This document shows positions 18,848 to 26,424 of a stretch of DNA of 64,000 nucleotides, piece by piece. Below the pieces are notes generated by a model, which was not told where the DNA came from, searched no databases, and saw only the letters and a list, made by a program, of their open reading frames with translations. This stretch comes from a virus. The stretch is from positions 40,858-104,857 of IMG/VR virus record IMGVR_UViG_3300025133_000042. One strand, written 5' to 3'. The position numbers and the translations under genes are program-made. Within the stretch, counting starts at the first letter, position 1; each line of letters opens with the position of its first letter.

Positions 18848-19802
18848 GACACATCTTGTTGAAGTGTGCAAATAGATCAATAAAGTTTGATTCGCCAAAG
18901 CTATCCTTGGCCATCATCGTGATAAGCTTGGTTTTTGAGTACTCAAAAGAAAACCCCTTAACAACCTCCCGAATGTGCTTTTTGGCGCCAATGGTCAACA
19001 AAGGGGCGTACAGCTGCATCATTTGGTAGTTTCTATCCAGAATGTGCTGCTTATCCAGCACAGTCTGGTAGATTTTCACATTAGATTTTCTAGATGTTTC
19101 CTCAGCGAAATCCAACACATCGCTAAGTGTTGCTGACTTGTCTTCACAAAGAAAAGGAAATCGCTTAGCCACGGTCTTCAGTCCAGCGCCTCCGATACCC
19201 TCAAGATTGTCCGATTTGTCGCCGGCCATTGCACGGGCCATGGCAAAATTGCAAGGGTGAATGTCGAACTTTTCAACAATTTTGTTTTTATTAAGAATTT
19301 CTTTCTGGATTGGCCGGTAAAGCACAGTCTTGTCATCCAAGAGTTGAAAGAAATCTTTATCGCTCGATACAATAATTTTCTGATGATCTGAAAGCTCCGG
19401 CATTTGGCAGAGATGCGCAATGATATCGTCAGCTTCAGTTGACTTAAATTTAAATTGCACTATTGGCATCTCATTATAAAATTCAATAATCCTAGTTTGC
19501 TGCCAGAGCTTGTTCTCAAACTCTTCTTGCTCAGAAAGATTTCTAATTGCTCGATTCAAGCGGATTGCTTTACGGCCGGCTTTGTAGTCTTTCTTGATAG
19601 ATTTTCTTTTCGCGGAGCCGCCTTCGCCATCCCAACAGATGTAAATTTCATCTGGCTTCGTCTCTCGAACTAGCTTTTGAAGCGACTGTATGCACCCCTT
19701 TAGGCCGCCGATGGGGTTGCCATTAGTTGAAATGCTGGGGTTAACAATATAGTTGCGAAAAAAAAGATTTAGCTGATCAATTATCAGCACTCTTTGTGTC
19801 AT
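18837..19802 (-). CDS. 5'-3' exonuclease / flap endonuclease (T4 RNase H-like)
   Basis: LIID, YKAGR, EADDII, SSDKDFFQL, GDKSDN.EGIGG.G.KT; start MTQRVL at 19802. Confidence 0.93.
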   Translation of the reverse strand: MTQRVLIIDQLNLFFRNYIVNPSISTNGNPIGGLKGCIQSLQKLVRETKPDEIYICWDGEGGSAKRKSIKKDYKAGRKAIRLNRAIRNLSEQEEFENKLWQQTRIIEFYNEMPIVQFKFKSTEADDIIAHLCQMPELSDHQKIIVSSDKDFFQLLDDKTVLYRPIQKEILNKNKIVEKFDIHPCNFAMARAMAGDKSDNLEGIGGAGLKTVAKRFPFLCEDKSATLSDVLDFAEETSRKSNVKIYQTVLDKQHILDRNYQMMQLYAPLLTIGAKKHIREVVKGFSFEYSKTKLITMMAKDSFGESNFIDLFAHFNKMCLDN

Positions 19803-20142
19803 TGAGGTCCTCTCTGTAAATTCTACTTTTAAACTGTTTTGCACGGGTGACCAGGAACGAATATACGCCATCAATTTTTAGCGCTTCGGCTGACATCCTG
19901 CTGATGTGCCTTTTTAATGTAGGCTCCAAGATAAAAAATTTAACCTTTAAAATAGTTCTTTCTACTGTTTCAGAAACAGGCTTCGCTGGTTCAACAACCG
20001 TCGTTGTTGTGATACCGCAAACGCCTCTTAGATTGTCAGTCAGAACTGTTAAATTCTTAGATCGATCGGACCTTAAAACGACAGTAGCTACATAGAGTTG
20101 GTCTCTAAAGACTTCTAATATGAGATCTTTCAAATTCTGCAT
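19777..20142 (-). CDS. Hypothetical protein
   Basis: ORF with late motif at 20160-20167; N-terminal LKDLILE. Confidence 0.65.
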   Translation of the reverse strand: MQNLKDLILEVFRDQLYVATVVLRSDRSKNLTVLTDNLRGVCGITTTTVVEPAKPVSETVERTILKVKFFILEPTLKRHISRMSAEALKIDGVYSFLVTRAKQFKSRIYREDLNDTKSADN

Positions 20143-20169
20143 TTTTTTCCCTCGCATATTAATTAGTCT

Positions 20170-20631
20170 TTAAAGTTTGTACATCTCTATTCCACCGTAA
20201 TTTGTAGTATAAAAAACTCGTTTAATCCCCGCAGACTTCATAATTGAATGGCACATCTTACATGGCTTGCTCATTCTGAACTCGCCTTGGTTATTGATCC
20301 GGCAAACAAAAATATCTGCGCCGGCGGTTTGTTCCTTCGACAATCCAGAAACGCATTCAGTCTCCGCGTGTCTTGTTGCAGGGCCGCAGCCTTGCGGTCG
20401 AAAGCGATCAGCGAAAGAAGTAAAATCATCTTTGTTGTAAGCCGATCTAATAACTGAGCCGCCTTTGACTAAAACTGCGCCATGGCGGAGCTTTCCGTAA
20501 TCGCTATTCGCCGCTTGGGCTCGTGCCGCTTCAAAATATCTGTTAATTCTACCAGACATCCGAACAGCGGTGCCGGCAATAGAGGTGCGATTTGTATTTT
20601 CCGTTGCCACTTTAAAAATATCGTCGCGCAA
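20170..20631 (-). CDS. Zn-dependent cytidine/deoxycytidylate deaminase family protein
   Basis: HGAVLV, HAE, SKPCKMC, GIKRVFY. Confidence 0.88.
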   Translation of the reverse strand: MRDDIFKVATENTNRTSIAGTAVRMSGRINRYFEAARAQAANSDYGKLRHGAVLVKGGSVIRSAYNKDDFTSFADRFRPQGCGPATRHAETECVSGLSKEQTAGADIFVCRINNQGEFRMSKPCKMCHSIMKSAGIKRVFYTTNYGGIEMYKL

Positions 20632-20923
20632 TCTTTCGGCGCTTCTTGGGCCGGGTGGGAACTGGAGGGCCGGCCCTAAGGCGCGTCATGGCGTTGTGGA
20701 GGCGAATACGAGTAAGCGAATTCATATCACTGTGGCGCTGGGCGCTTTCAAGCGATAAGTTAGAGGCATTCGAATTCGCAGAATAGTGTGGGACGCCTAG
20801 GGAATAAGAAGAACGATAAGAAGGCAGATCATGGCCCGGGCCAACGTTGATGGTAATCGGCGTACATGCTGTAGCTGCGGTAGCCATCGCTATGGCCAGA
20901 ATGATTCCCCTATAATACTTCAT
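20612..20923 (-). CDS. Putative lipoprotein
   Basis: MKYYRGIILAIAMATAATA-C signal peptide with lipobox-like Cys. Confidence 0.6.
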   Translation of the reverse strand: MKYYRGIILAIAMATAATACTPITINVGPGHDLPSYRSSYSLGVPHYSANSNASNLSLESAQRHSDMNSLTRIRLHNAMTRLRAGPPVPTRPKKRRKIARRYF

Positions 20924-20926
20924 TTA

Positions 20927-22036
20927 TTATTCCTCTTTATCAATATCATAAAAGCTAGATGCATCTGCCTCTCTCTTTTCAAACTTTAATATAACCTCGT
21001 CGTCCATCAAAGTCAATACGCGGGTCCTAAATTTCTCACTTTTTAGCTTTTCCATCCATCTAGAAGCTTGAAATTTCTCAGAAGTTCCATCTTCATAGAT
21101 CAGGTTGTACCATGCGCCTTTCTGTTCGACGCTTTTAGAGCCTTTAATCGCCTCGAACCAGCTTTCTTCATCTTGAATGCCGATTCTGCTCCCCCACATA
21201 ATCTTGAAAGTGCATTGGCGGCCTTCGGTGCCAAAGCGACTCTTTTTAAGTGTCACTTTTACTTCCGAACCCACCCTAAAGCCATTCTCATCCAACAAAA
21301 AGCTGGCCTTGGCTTTACGCTTGGTCAGCCAAATGCGCAGAGAATAAGCATAATGCATTGCTTTCCCGCCCGGGGTTACGTAGGGCTCGACCATAGCCTC
21401 CGAAGGACTTCTTGTGATATTCGTCTTAAGCTGATTAAGCACGAGCAACGTTGATTTGCTATCGGCAATCGGAATCGCCAATTTGGACATTCCCTTTGCC
21501 AGAATACGAGCCTTGACTGCCATGGACGACTGTGGATTAAAATCTCCCTCGACGTCGCTAATGGCAGGCGTTAAGGCAAGGCTATCCCAAATAAATAGCA
21601 TTCTGTTGTCATTTGACCCTAGAAGCTCTTCGACGGTCTCCAGAACAAACTCCACACTTTGCGCCTGCACGTACAACAAATTATCTAAGTCGCAGCCCGC
21701 GTTACTCAAAAAAGTGGGATCGATGGCGGACTCAGAATCAAAATAAATGACATCAATACCCATCTTTTGGGCGTTTGCAGCAACTTGTGCTGCCATATAA
21801 GACTTTCCAGACCCTTCGAGGCCTGCAATTTCAACAATTTTGCCGAGTGGGACGCCTGCGAGGCGGCCCCTGCAAATCATTGAATCGAGCCAACGAGATC
21901 CAGTACCAATCCAATCGGTTACTTCTGTTGGATTTTCTTCTTTCAAATCGTAGGCAACATGCATGCCTGCTTTCTTGTTGATGAGAGTCCTCATCTCATC
22001 TAAATTCAACTTACCAAGTTTCTTTCTCTTCGCCAT
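20927..22036 (-). CDS. recA: RecA/UvsX recombinase
   Basis: GLEGSGKS, YFDSESAID, IWDS, LNQL, TPGGKA. Confidence 0.96.
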   Translation of the reverse strand: MAKRKKLGKLNLDEMRTLINKKAGMHVAYDLKEENPTEVTDWIGTGSRWLDSMICRGRLAGVPLGKIVEIAGLEGSGKSYMAAQVAANAQKMGIDVIYFDSESAIDPTFLSNAGCDLDNLLYVQAQSVEFVLETVEELLGSNDNRMLFIWDSLALTPAISDVEGDFNPQSSMAVKARILAKGMSKLAIPIADSKSTLLVLNQLKTNITRSPSEAMVEPYVTPGGKAMHYAYSLRIWLTKRKAKASFLLDENGFRVGSEVKVTLKKSRFGTEGRQCTFKIMWGSRIGIQDEESWFEAIKGSKSVEQKGAWYNLIYEDGTSEKFQASRWMEKLKSEKFRTRVLTLMDDEVILKFEKREADASSFYDIDKEE

Positions 22037-22304
22037 TGGAGCCTCTTATTTCCGGTATTTCCATTGTCTGATCAGGGTCTTGGACCGGGAGATCAAACGG
22101 TGTATAATTAATATAATCACGTTTTAGCTGGTCGGCAAGAGAAATCAGCAAGGGCTCTACTCGATCCACCTTGGTGACTATTTCCTCGTGCTGTGCGTGG
22201 TGTCGCTGGCGTGAGCTGAACATCTTACTTTCCAAAATAGCCCCAGTTCCCAGGCCAAGACAAAATAAACTTATTCCGAACCCAGTATATAATAAAGCTT
22301 CCAT
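22011..22304 (-). CDS. Small protein with N-terminal TM helix
   Basis: Hydrophobic residues ~4-24; late motif 9 nt before the ATG. Confidence 0.65.
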   Translation of the reverse strand: MEALLYTGFGISLFCLGLGTGAILESKMFSSRQRHHAQHEEIVTKVDRVEPLLISLADQLKRDYINYTPFDLPVQDPDQTMEIPEIRGSNGEEKETW

Positions 22305-22338
22305 AGCTATTACTAACTAGTGCTAAGTATTTGAAAAT

Positions 22339-22381
22339 AAGGCCTCTGTAAACCCAGGCCTTCCTGTGGGATATAGCTACT
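22339..22381 (-). repeat. Intergenic structured repeat, copy 1
   Basis: 43 bp, one mismatch to copy 2; includes the FKBP stop codon; AAGGCCT-N10-AGGCCTT hairpin. Confidence 0.9.
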
Positions 22382-22802
22382 CTAGCTCGACCAGCTCGAC
22401 TTCGAAGTTAAGATGTTTCCCCGCAAGGGGATGATTGTGATCTAACACAACTGTATCTTCCTCTACAGAAGCAATCGTCGCGGCCATCGGAGCACCGGTG
22501 TCGGTGGCGCCATAGACCGTCTCGCCGACATTGAAATCGAAATCACCAGGAAACATGTTCTTTGAAGTTGGCACTAAAGCGCTAGGGTTCACGGGGCCAT
22601 AGGCTTCTTCAAGCCTAAACGTCTTTTTCTCGCCTACCGACATTCCAACCACTGCAGACTCAAAATCTGGCAAGAGCATGCTCGAACCAATCTCGAAATC
22701 AAGAGTCTCGTCGCGATAATGCGAATTGTCGAACTCCGTTCCATCATCTAGGGTGCCTCGGTAGTGTACCTTGACTTTCTGTCCATTTTTTGCTTTAAGC
22801 AT
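22377..22802 (-). CDS. FKBP-type peptidyl-prolyl isomerase (SlyD/SlpA type)
   Basis: VHYRGTLDDGTEFDNS, EEAYG, insert-in-flap domain, DHNHPLAGKHLNFEVEL. Confidence 0.95.
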   Translation of the reverse strand: MLKAKNGQKVKVHYRGTLDDGTEFDNSHYRDETLDFEIGSSMLLPDFESAVVGMSVGEKKTFRLEEAYGPVNPSALVPTSKNMFPGDFDFNVGETVYGATDTGAPMAATIASVEEDTVVLDHNHPLAGKHLNFEVELVELE

Positions 22803-22826
22803 AATATAATCCTTATTTTTAAGTTC

Positions 22827-22869
22827 AAGGCCTCTGTAAACCCAGGCCTTCCTGCGGGATATAGCTACT
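22827..22869 (-). repeat. Intergenic structured repeat, copy 2
   Basis: 43 bp near-identical to 22339-22381; includes the stop codon of the ParB-like gene. Confidence 0.9.
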
Positions 22870-23806
22870 TGCCTAGAATATCTTCTAGTTCGTCAATATA
22901 AGACTTGAAAATTTTATTAAAAGCCCTCTTGGAGATTTGGTGGTCCTTGCACGTGCTCTGAAAATGCTTCAAAAATCCAACGGCAATAGACTCTGCGGCC
23001 CTGTTGGTCACATTGCCACCCTCTCTCTTATAATGTGTGGTAAAACTCCTTGCGTTCTTATGGTAGTTGACCGCACCATCAAAATAGGAAATAAAAGCCT
23101 CTTTCGCATTGGAGCGGCTATGCAGATCGGTGTTTTTGTAGATCAAAGCCATGGCGTGTAAAAGCTCTGCTTGACAGCTAGACTGCTCGGGCCATGTGCT
23201 TGTGTACAGCTTAGCCGCACGTTCCAGCGCTTGCAAATTGGTTGCAGCCAGCGCTTTTCGAAAAGCCTGAATCTTGACTCGCGTTTCAATCGTAGAGCCT
23301 GTGCAGCCAACAGAACTGCCTTTTTCCCCAGTTCCCATGCTAACAGTAAGTCCACACTTTTCTAGGCACTTTGCTGTTTTTCGTGCCTCGTCGTGGTTGG
23401 CGTGATATTGATGGACAAAAAGCTCTTCGCTGGTAAGACATATCTTGCCGGTCTTATTACGGTGAATAAACAACTCACTAATCTCCCTCTTGTCTTTCAC
23501 CAGACAAACAACAGCTTGCATGGTCTTGTCCTCTGGAAACGCCAGGTTCCAAAGTGCTCGACTGTGATCACCATCAAATAACAGCATCTCGCCGTCGGGG
23601 AGCCTCGCCACATGAGGGGGGTCCCACAAGCGCATATCAAATCCTAGCAGTCCGCCAACATACTGATTGAGTGCTTTTGTGGTTGTCTTTCTATTGAGAT
23701 ATGAATCGATATCAACAGAAACCTGCTCAATCGTTGGCTTCTTACTATAAGTGATCTTAAAATTATTCTGCAACGTAACTTCGTTGCCGTATATTGTTTT
23801 AGACAT
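22865..23806 (-). CDS. ParB/Srx-like domain protein (DUF6551-like)
   Basis: PPHVARLPDGEMLLFDGDHS (DGxH motif), E.SELFI..N. Confidence 0.7.
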   Translation of the reverse strand: MSKTIYGNEVTLQNNFKITYSKKPTIEQVSVDIDSYLNRKTTTKALNQYVGGLLGFDMRLWDPPHVARLPDGEMLLFDGDHSRALWNLAFPEDKTMQAVVCLVKDKREISELFIHRNKTGKICLTSEELFVHQYHANHDEARKTAKCLEKCGLTVSMGTGEKGSSVGCTGSTIETRVKIQAFRKALAATNLQALERAAKLYTSTWPEQSSCQAELLHAMALIYKNTDLHSRSNAKEAFISYFDGAVNYHKNARSFTTHYKREGGNVTNRAAESIAVGFLKHFQSTCKDHQISKRAFNKIFKSYIDELEDILGK

Positions 23807-23833
23807 TATTTCTCCTTTTGTAAATTAATGAAT

Positions 23834-23866
23834 AAGGCACCTCTTAGCCCGTGCCTTCCTGCGGCT
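23834..23866 (-). repeat. Intergenic structured repeat, diverged copy 3
   Basis: CCGCAGG-AAGGCAC-N10-GTGCCTT; stem retained by compensatory changes. Confidence 0.8.
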
Positions 23867-23878
23867 CATACAGAGAAC

Positions 23879-24340
23879 TTAGTTCTCAATATTCAAAACG
23901 CCTAGGTCGGTGCGAACTGACGTTGACCAGCCATTAAAGACGTACTCTGGGGTTGATAATACATCTCCAACAGTTGTTTTTACGCTAGCTTCTAGATTGA
24001 AGAAGCCACGCTTATAATCGTAACGCTCCGTAGAGCGTTCAATAAAGCCCATATCCCAAAAGTTCTCAGCGATCACATCACTAACAAATTCTTGAAATCC
24101 AGAATAATCACGAGGATATTCTTCTAAATAGTCGCCATCGCGAAGGTCCTGAATCACACTGTTAAGGAACCCAGTCGTAGCTACTAGGCCTGCCACAGTG
24201 TCGGCGAAGCCTGTATCGCGCAAAACTTCTTCTTCATAGCCATCCCAAGCATGAACGACATCGCCGCCGGTGGTATAAGTCAGAGTGATATTCTTGTCGT
24301 TGCTTAGGCCTGCGGCCTTTAGTTTCTGATGAAAACTCAT
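23879..24340 (-). CDS. Hypothetical acidic protein
   Basis: Start MSFHQK at 24340, directly after ssb. Confidence 0.75.
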   Translation of the reverse strand: MSFHQKLKAAGLSNDKNITLTYTTGGDVVHAWDGYEEEVLRDTGFADTVAGLVATTGFLNSVIQDLRDGDYLEEYPRDYSGFQEFVSDVIAENFWDMGFIERSTERYDYKRGFFNLEASVKTTVGDVLSTPEYVFNGWSTSVRTDLGVLNIEN

Positions 24341-24350
24341 TTTTTGTCCC

Positions 24351-25103
24351 CTAAGAACCAAGAAGCTCGTTAAAAGCAGCGTCAACTTCGGTTACCTGCG
24401 TGGATTTATTGTATCGACTTGACTCGCTTGAAACCTCCTCTGCGTCCTCTTCGTTTAAGAGGAATTCATCAAGCATTCCTTGAACCTCCTGCGGCGTCTT
24501 GCGAGAATTCTCAAAAACCACATTAAAATCAGGCACTTGGTCCAACATCGAGGAGATGGTATCTTCATCGCCGGCGAGTGGGGATGATTTACGACGGGGC
24601 GTGATAGTTGTCTGCGGGAACTGTGCGCCGGGAGGCTTTCCGTAGGTAAGAACAAGGTCAGTGCCCTCGTTAACATCAGTAATGTCTCCATACTCAGGAT
24701 TCAATACCAAGTTGAGCAGCTCCTTGTAAGCCATCTTGCCAAATCCCCAAAGGCGTACGCCTTGGTCTTCCTCACCGCGGACGAGAACGGGAGCGAAAAA
24801 GCGCTGACGGGCGCTCAAATTCTTTGCCATCTTGACGGCGTCATCTGACCCGTCGCGATAGAGTTGACGAACAAAATCATCCAAAGGATCTTCCTCTCCA
24901 AAGTTCTTCTTCGGGCTTAAAAAGCTTGCGTTCTTGCCCAAGTTGTAATGGAACCAGTACTCCTTAAACGGGTCGCCGTCAGAAGTGGGAACAATGCGAA
25001 TTGTCTGCTCTCCGTCCTCTGGGCGCCAAAAAGCACTCTTTCCGTTGCCGCGATTTTCCAAGGCCTCGCGCTTTGCCTTCATCTTCTCTAAATCAATACC
25101 CAT
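24351..25103 (-). CDS. Single-stranded DNA-binding protein (gp32-like)
   Basis: FWRP...IRIVP...FHY, GVRLWGFGK, YGDITD..EGTD, acidic tail ending AFNELLGS. Confidence 0.88.
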   Translation of the reverse strand: MGIDLEKMKAKREALENRGNGKSAFWRPEDGEQTIRIVPTSDGDPFKEYWFHYNLGKNASFLSPKKNFGEEDPLDDFVRQLYRDGSDDAVKMAKNLSARQRFFAPVLVRGEEDQGVRLWGFGKMAYKELLNLVLNPEYGDITDVNEGTDLVLTYGKPPGAQFPQTTITPRRKSSPLAGDEDTISSMLDQVPDFNVVFENSRKTPQEVQGMLDEFLLNEEDAEEVSSESSRYNKSTQVTEVDAAFNELLGS

Positions 25104-25134
25104 AGTCTTTCTCCTTTTGCTTTAAGCTATAGTA

Positions 25135-25156
25135 CGGTCAGCGAATATTCTGACCG
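25135..25156 (-). promoter_or_regulatory. Hairpin in the ssb leader
   Basis: CGGTCAG-AATATTCG-CTGACCG between a TATCAT -10-like box and the AGGAG SD. Confidence 0.5.
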
Positions 25157-25186
25157 GCTTTGTTATATGATAGCTACCATTTTTTA

Positions 25187-26026
25187 CTATGAAAATAAAT
25201 TTTCATTTTGTATGATAGTCGCCGAATGGGTCGTAAAAACATAATCATTTTCATACTTTGTAGCATAAATGCTGTATGACGCTCTGACGTTTTCATTAGA
25301 AGTAGATTTAATTTTTTGATTTATTTTCTTAAGCAGGCCAGGCGTCTCTGCGATCTTAGATTCGCTAAGGGCGAATATGTACTCCTTCTCGCGCACGTAA
25401 TTTAATTTATAAAACAAGCTTTCATCATTTGTGTCAAAATTCATCTGCCCTATTGTTTTGATTTTAGCTGTAAGAGGCGGTTCCGACGAGATGGACATCA
25501 CGGGAGCAGAGTGACTGAAAATATTCATCATGTGGATGGTGTTCACTATGGCTTGATTTATCGAGTTCCAATATTCACTGAGAGTTGTGTCTCCCACTAT
25601 TCCTTCCATCTCTAAGTTTGAGATGAGAATAATCTGCTCCAACAAGCCCGATCTTGTATATTCTTGAAGTATGTTTCTAACCGCGAACTCTCTCTTTTTC
25701 GCATCTGGCGAAAGCATTTCGACATCAGGCTGGATATAAGCGACAGAAAGGCTATTGCCTTTTAGGCCCTCAAGCAACCTCAGTGCAGCGCCAGTTATGT
25801 TTCCTGAGCCTGCGAGGACGAGACACACAGCACCAAGCTTGTCGCCAAACTTAATGCGACGAAATCTTTTCTCATAGTCTTCCATGCTGACTTGCTCTTT
25901 AATCTTTTTAAAGCTTTTATAGCCCTTGTTGGCTGTGTCGACACAAAAAGTATTATATTGTGGGTGCTGAGCAAAAAGATTGGCGATCTTGCAGCCGGCC
26001 TCGCCGAGACCGATAATTGTTTCCAT
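25187..26026 (-). CDS. Divergent tubulin/FtsZ-family protein
   Basis: IIGLGEAGCKIA (T1 loop), CVDT, LAGSGNITG at the T4-loop position, YIQP, LISN. Confidence 0.75.
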   Translation of the reverse strand: METIIGLGEAGCKIANLFAQHPQYNTFCVDTANKGYKSFKKIKEQVSMEDYEKRFRRIKFGDKLGAVCLVLAGSGNITGAALRLLEGLKGNSLSVAYIQPDVEMLSPDAKKREFAVRNILQEYTRSGLLEQIILISNLEMEGIVGDTTLSEYWNSINQAIVNTIHMMNIFSHSAPVMSISSEPPLTAKIKTIGQMNFDTNDESLFYKLNYVREKEYIFALSESKIAETPGLLKKINQKIKSTSNENVRASYSIYATKYENDYVFTTHSATIIQNENLFS

Positions 26027-26055
26027 TATAAACCTATTCGCTTTGCGCTGGCAGA

Positions 26056-26403
26056 TCAGGCTTGGGCTGTTTTGGCGGCCATCTTGGCACGGCGTTTGGC
26101 CGTCGCGGCTTGCTCGCCGCCAAGACGAGATACGTCGGATTTAATATTAATTCCTAGATAATCAGCAATAAGAGTTAAATACTGTCTTTTCTCTACGTCG
26201 CTAGCGCGTTCTTTAAATATGTCCATATGCGTCTGAGCGCGACTCATCATCTTCTCGAACGCTGTCGTTACCGCGGTTTTTGAGGCGTCGCGGCCTGAAA
26301 CTGCAGTCGGTGGAGCGCCTAGGCGATCGGCGGGCTCGGCCTCTAACAAGCCAGAGATTTCTTCTTTGATAATCTGTTTAAGTCGTTTTTTTGTCATGCT
26401 CAT
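26056..26403 (-). CDS. Hypothetical protein, candidate head-internal protein
   Basis: N-terminal TKKRLKQIIKEEI..LLE; late-like motif at 26428-26435. Confidence 0.7.
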   Translation of the reverse strand: MSMTKKRLKQIIKEEISGLLEAEPADRLGAPPTAVSGRDASKTAVTTAFEKMMSRAQTHMDIFKERASDVEKRQYLTLIADYLGINIKSDVSRLGGEQAATAKRRAKMAAKTAQA

Positions 26404-26424
26404 GTTAAATTTCTCCCAGTAGCA

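Noticed and set aside
22339-23866. Repeats considered as a CRISPR array or as ordinary terminators
   Set aside because: The spacers are whole genes (0.45-1 kb), there are no cas genes, and U-tracts are weak or absent.
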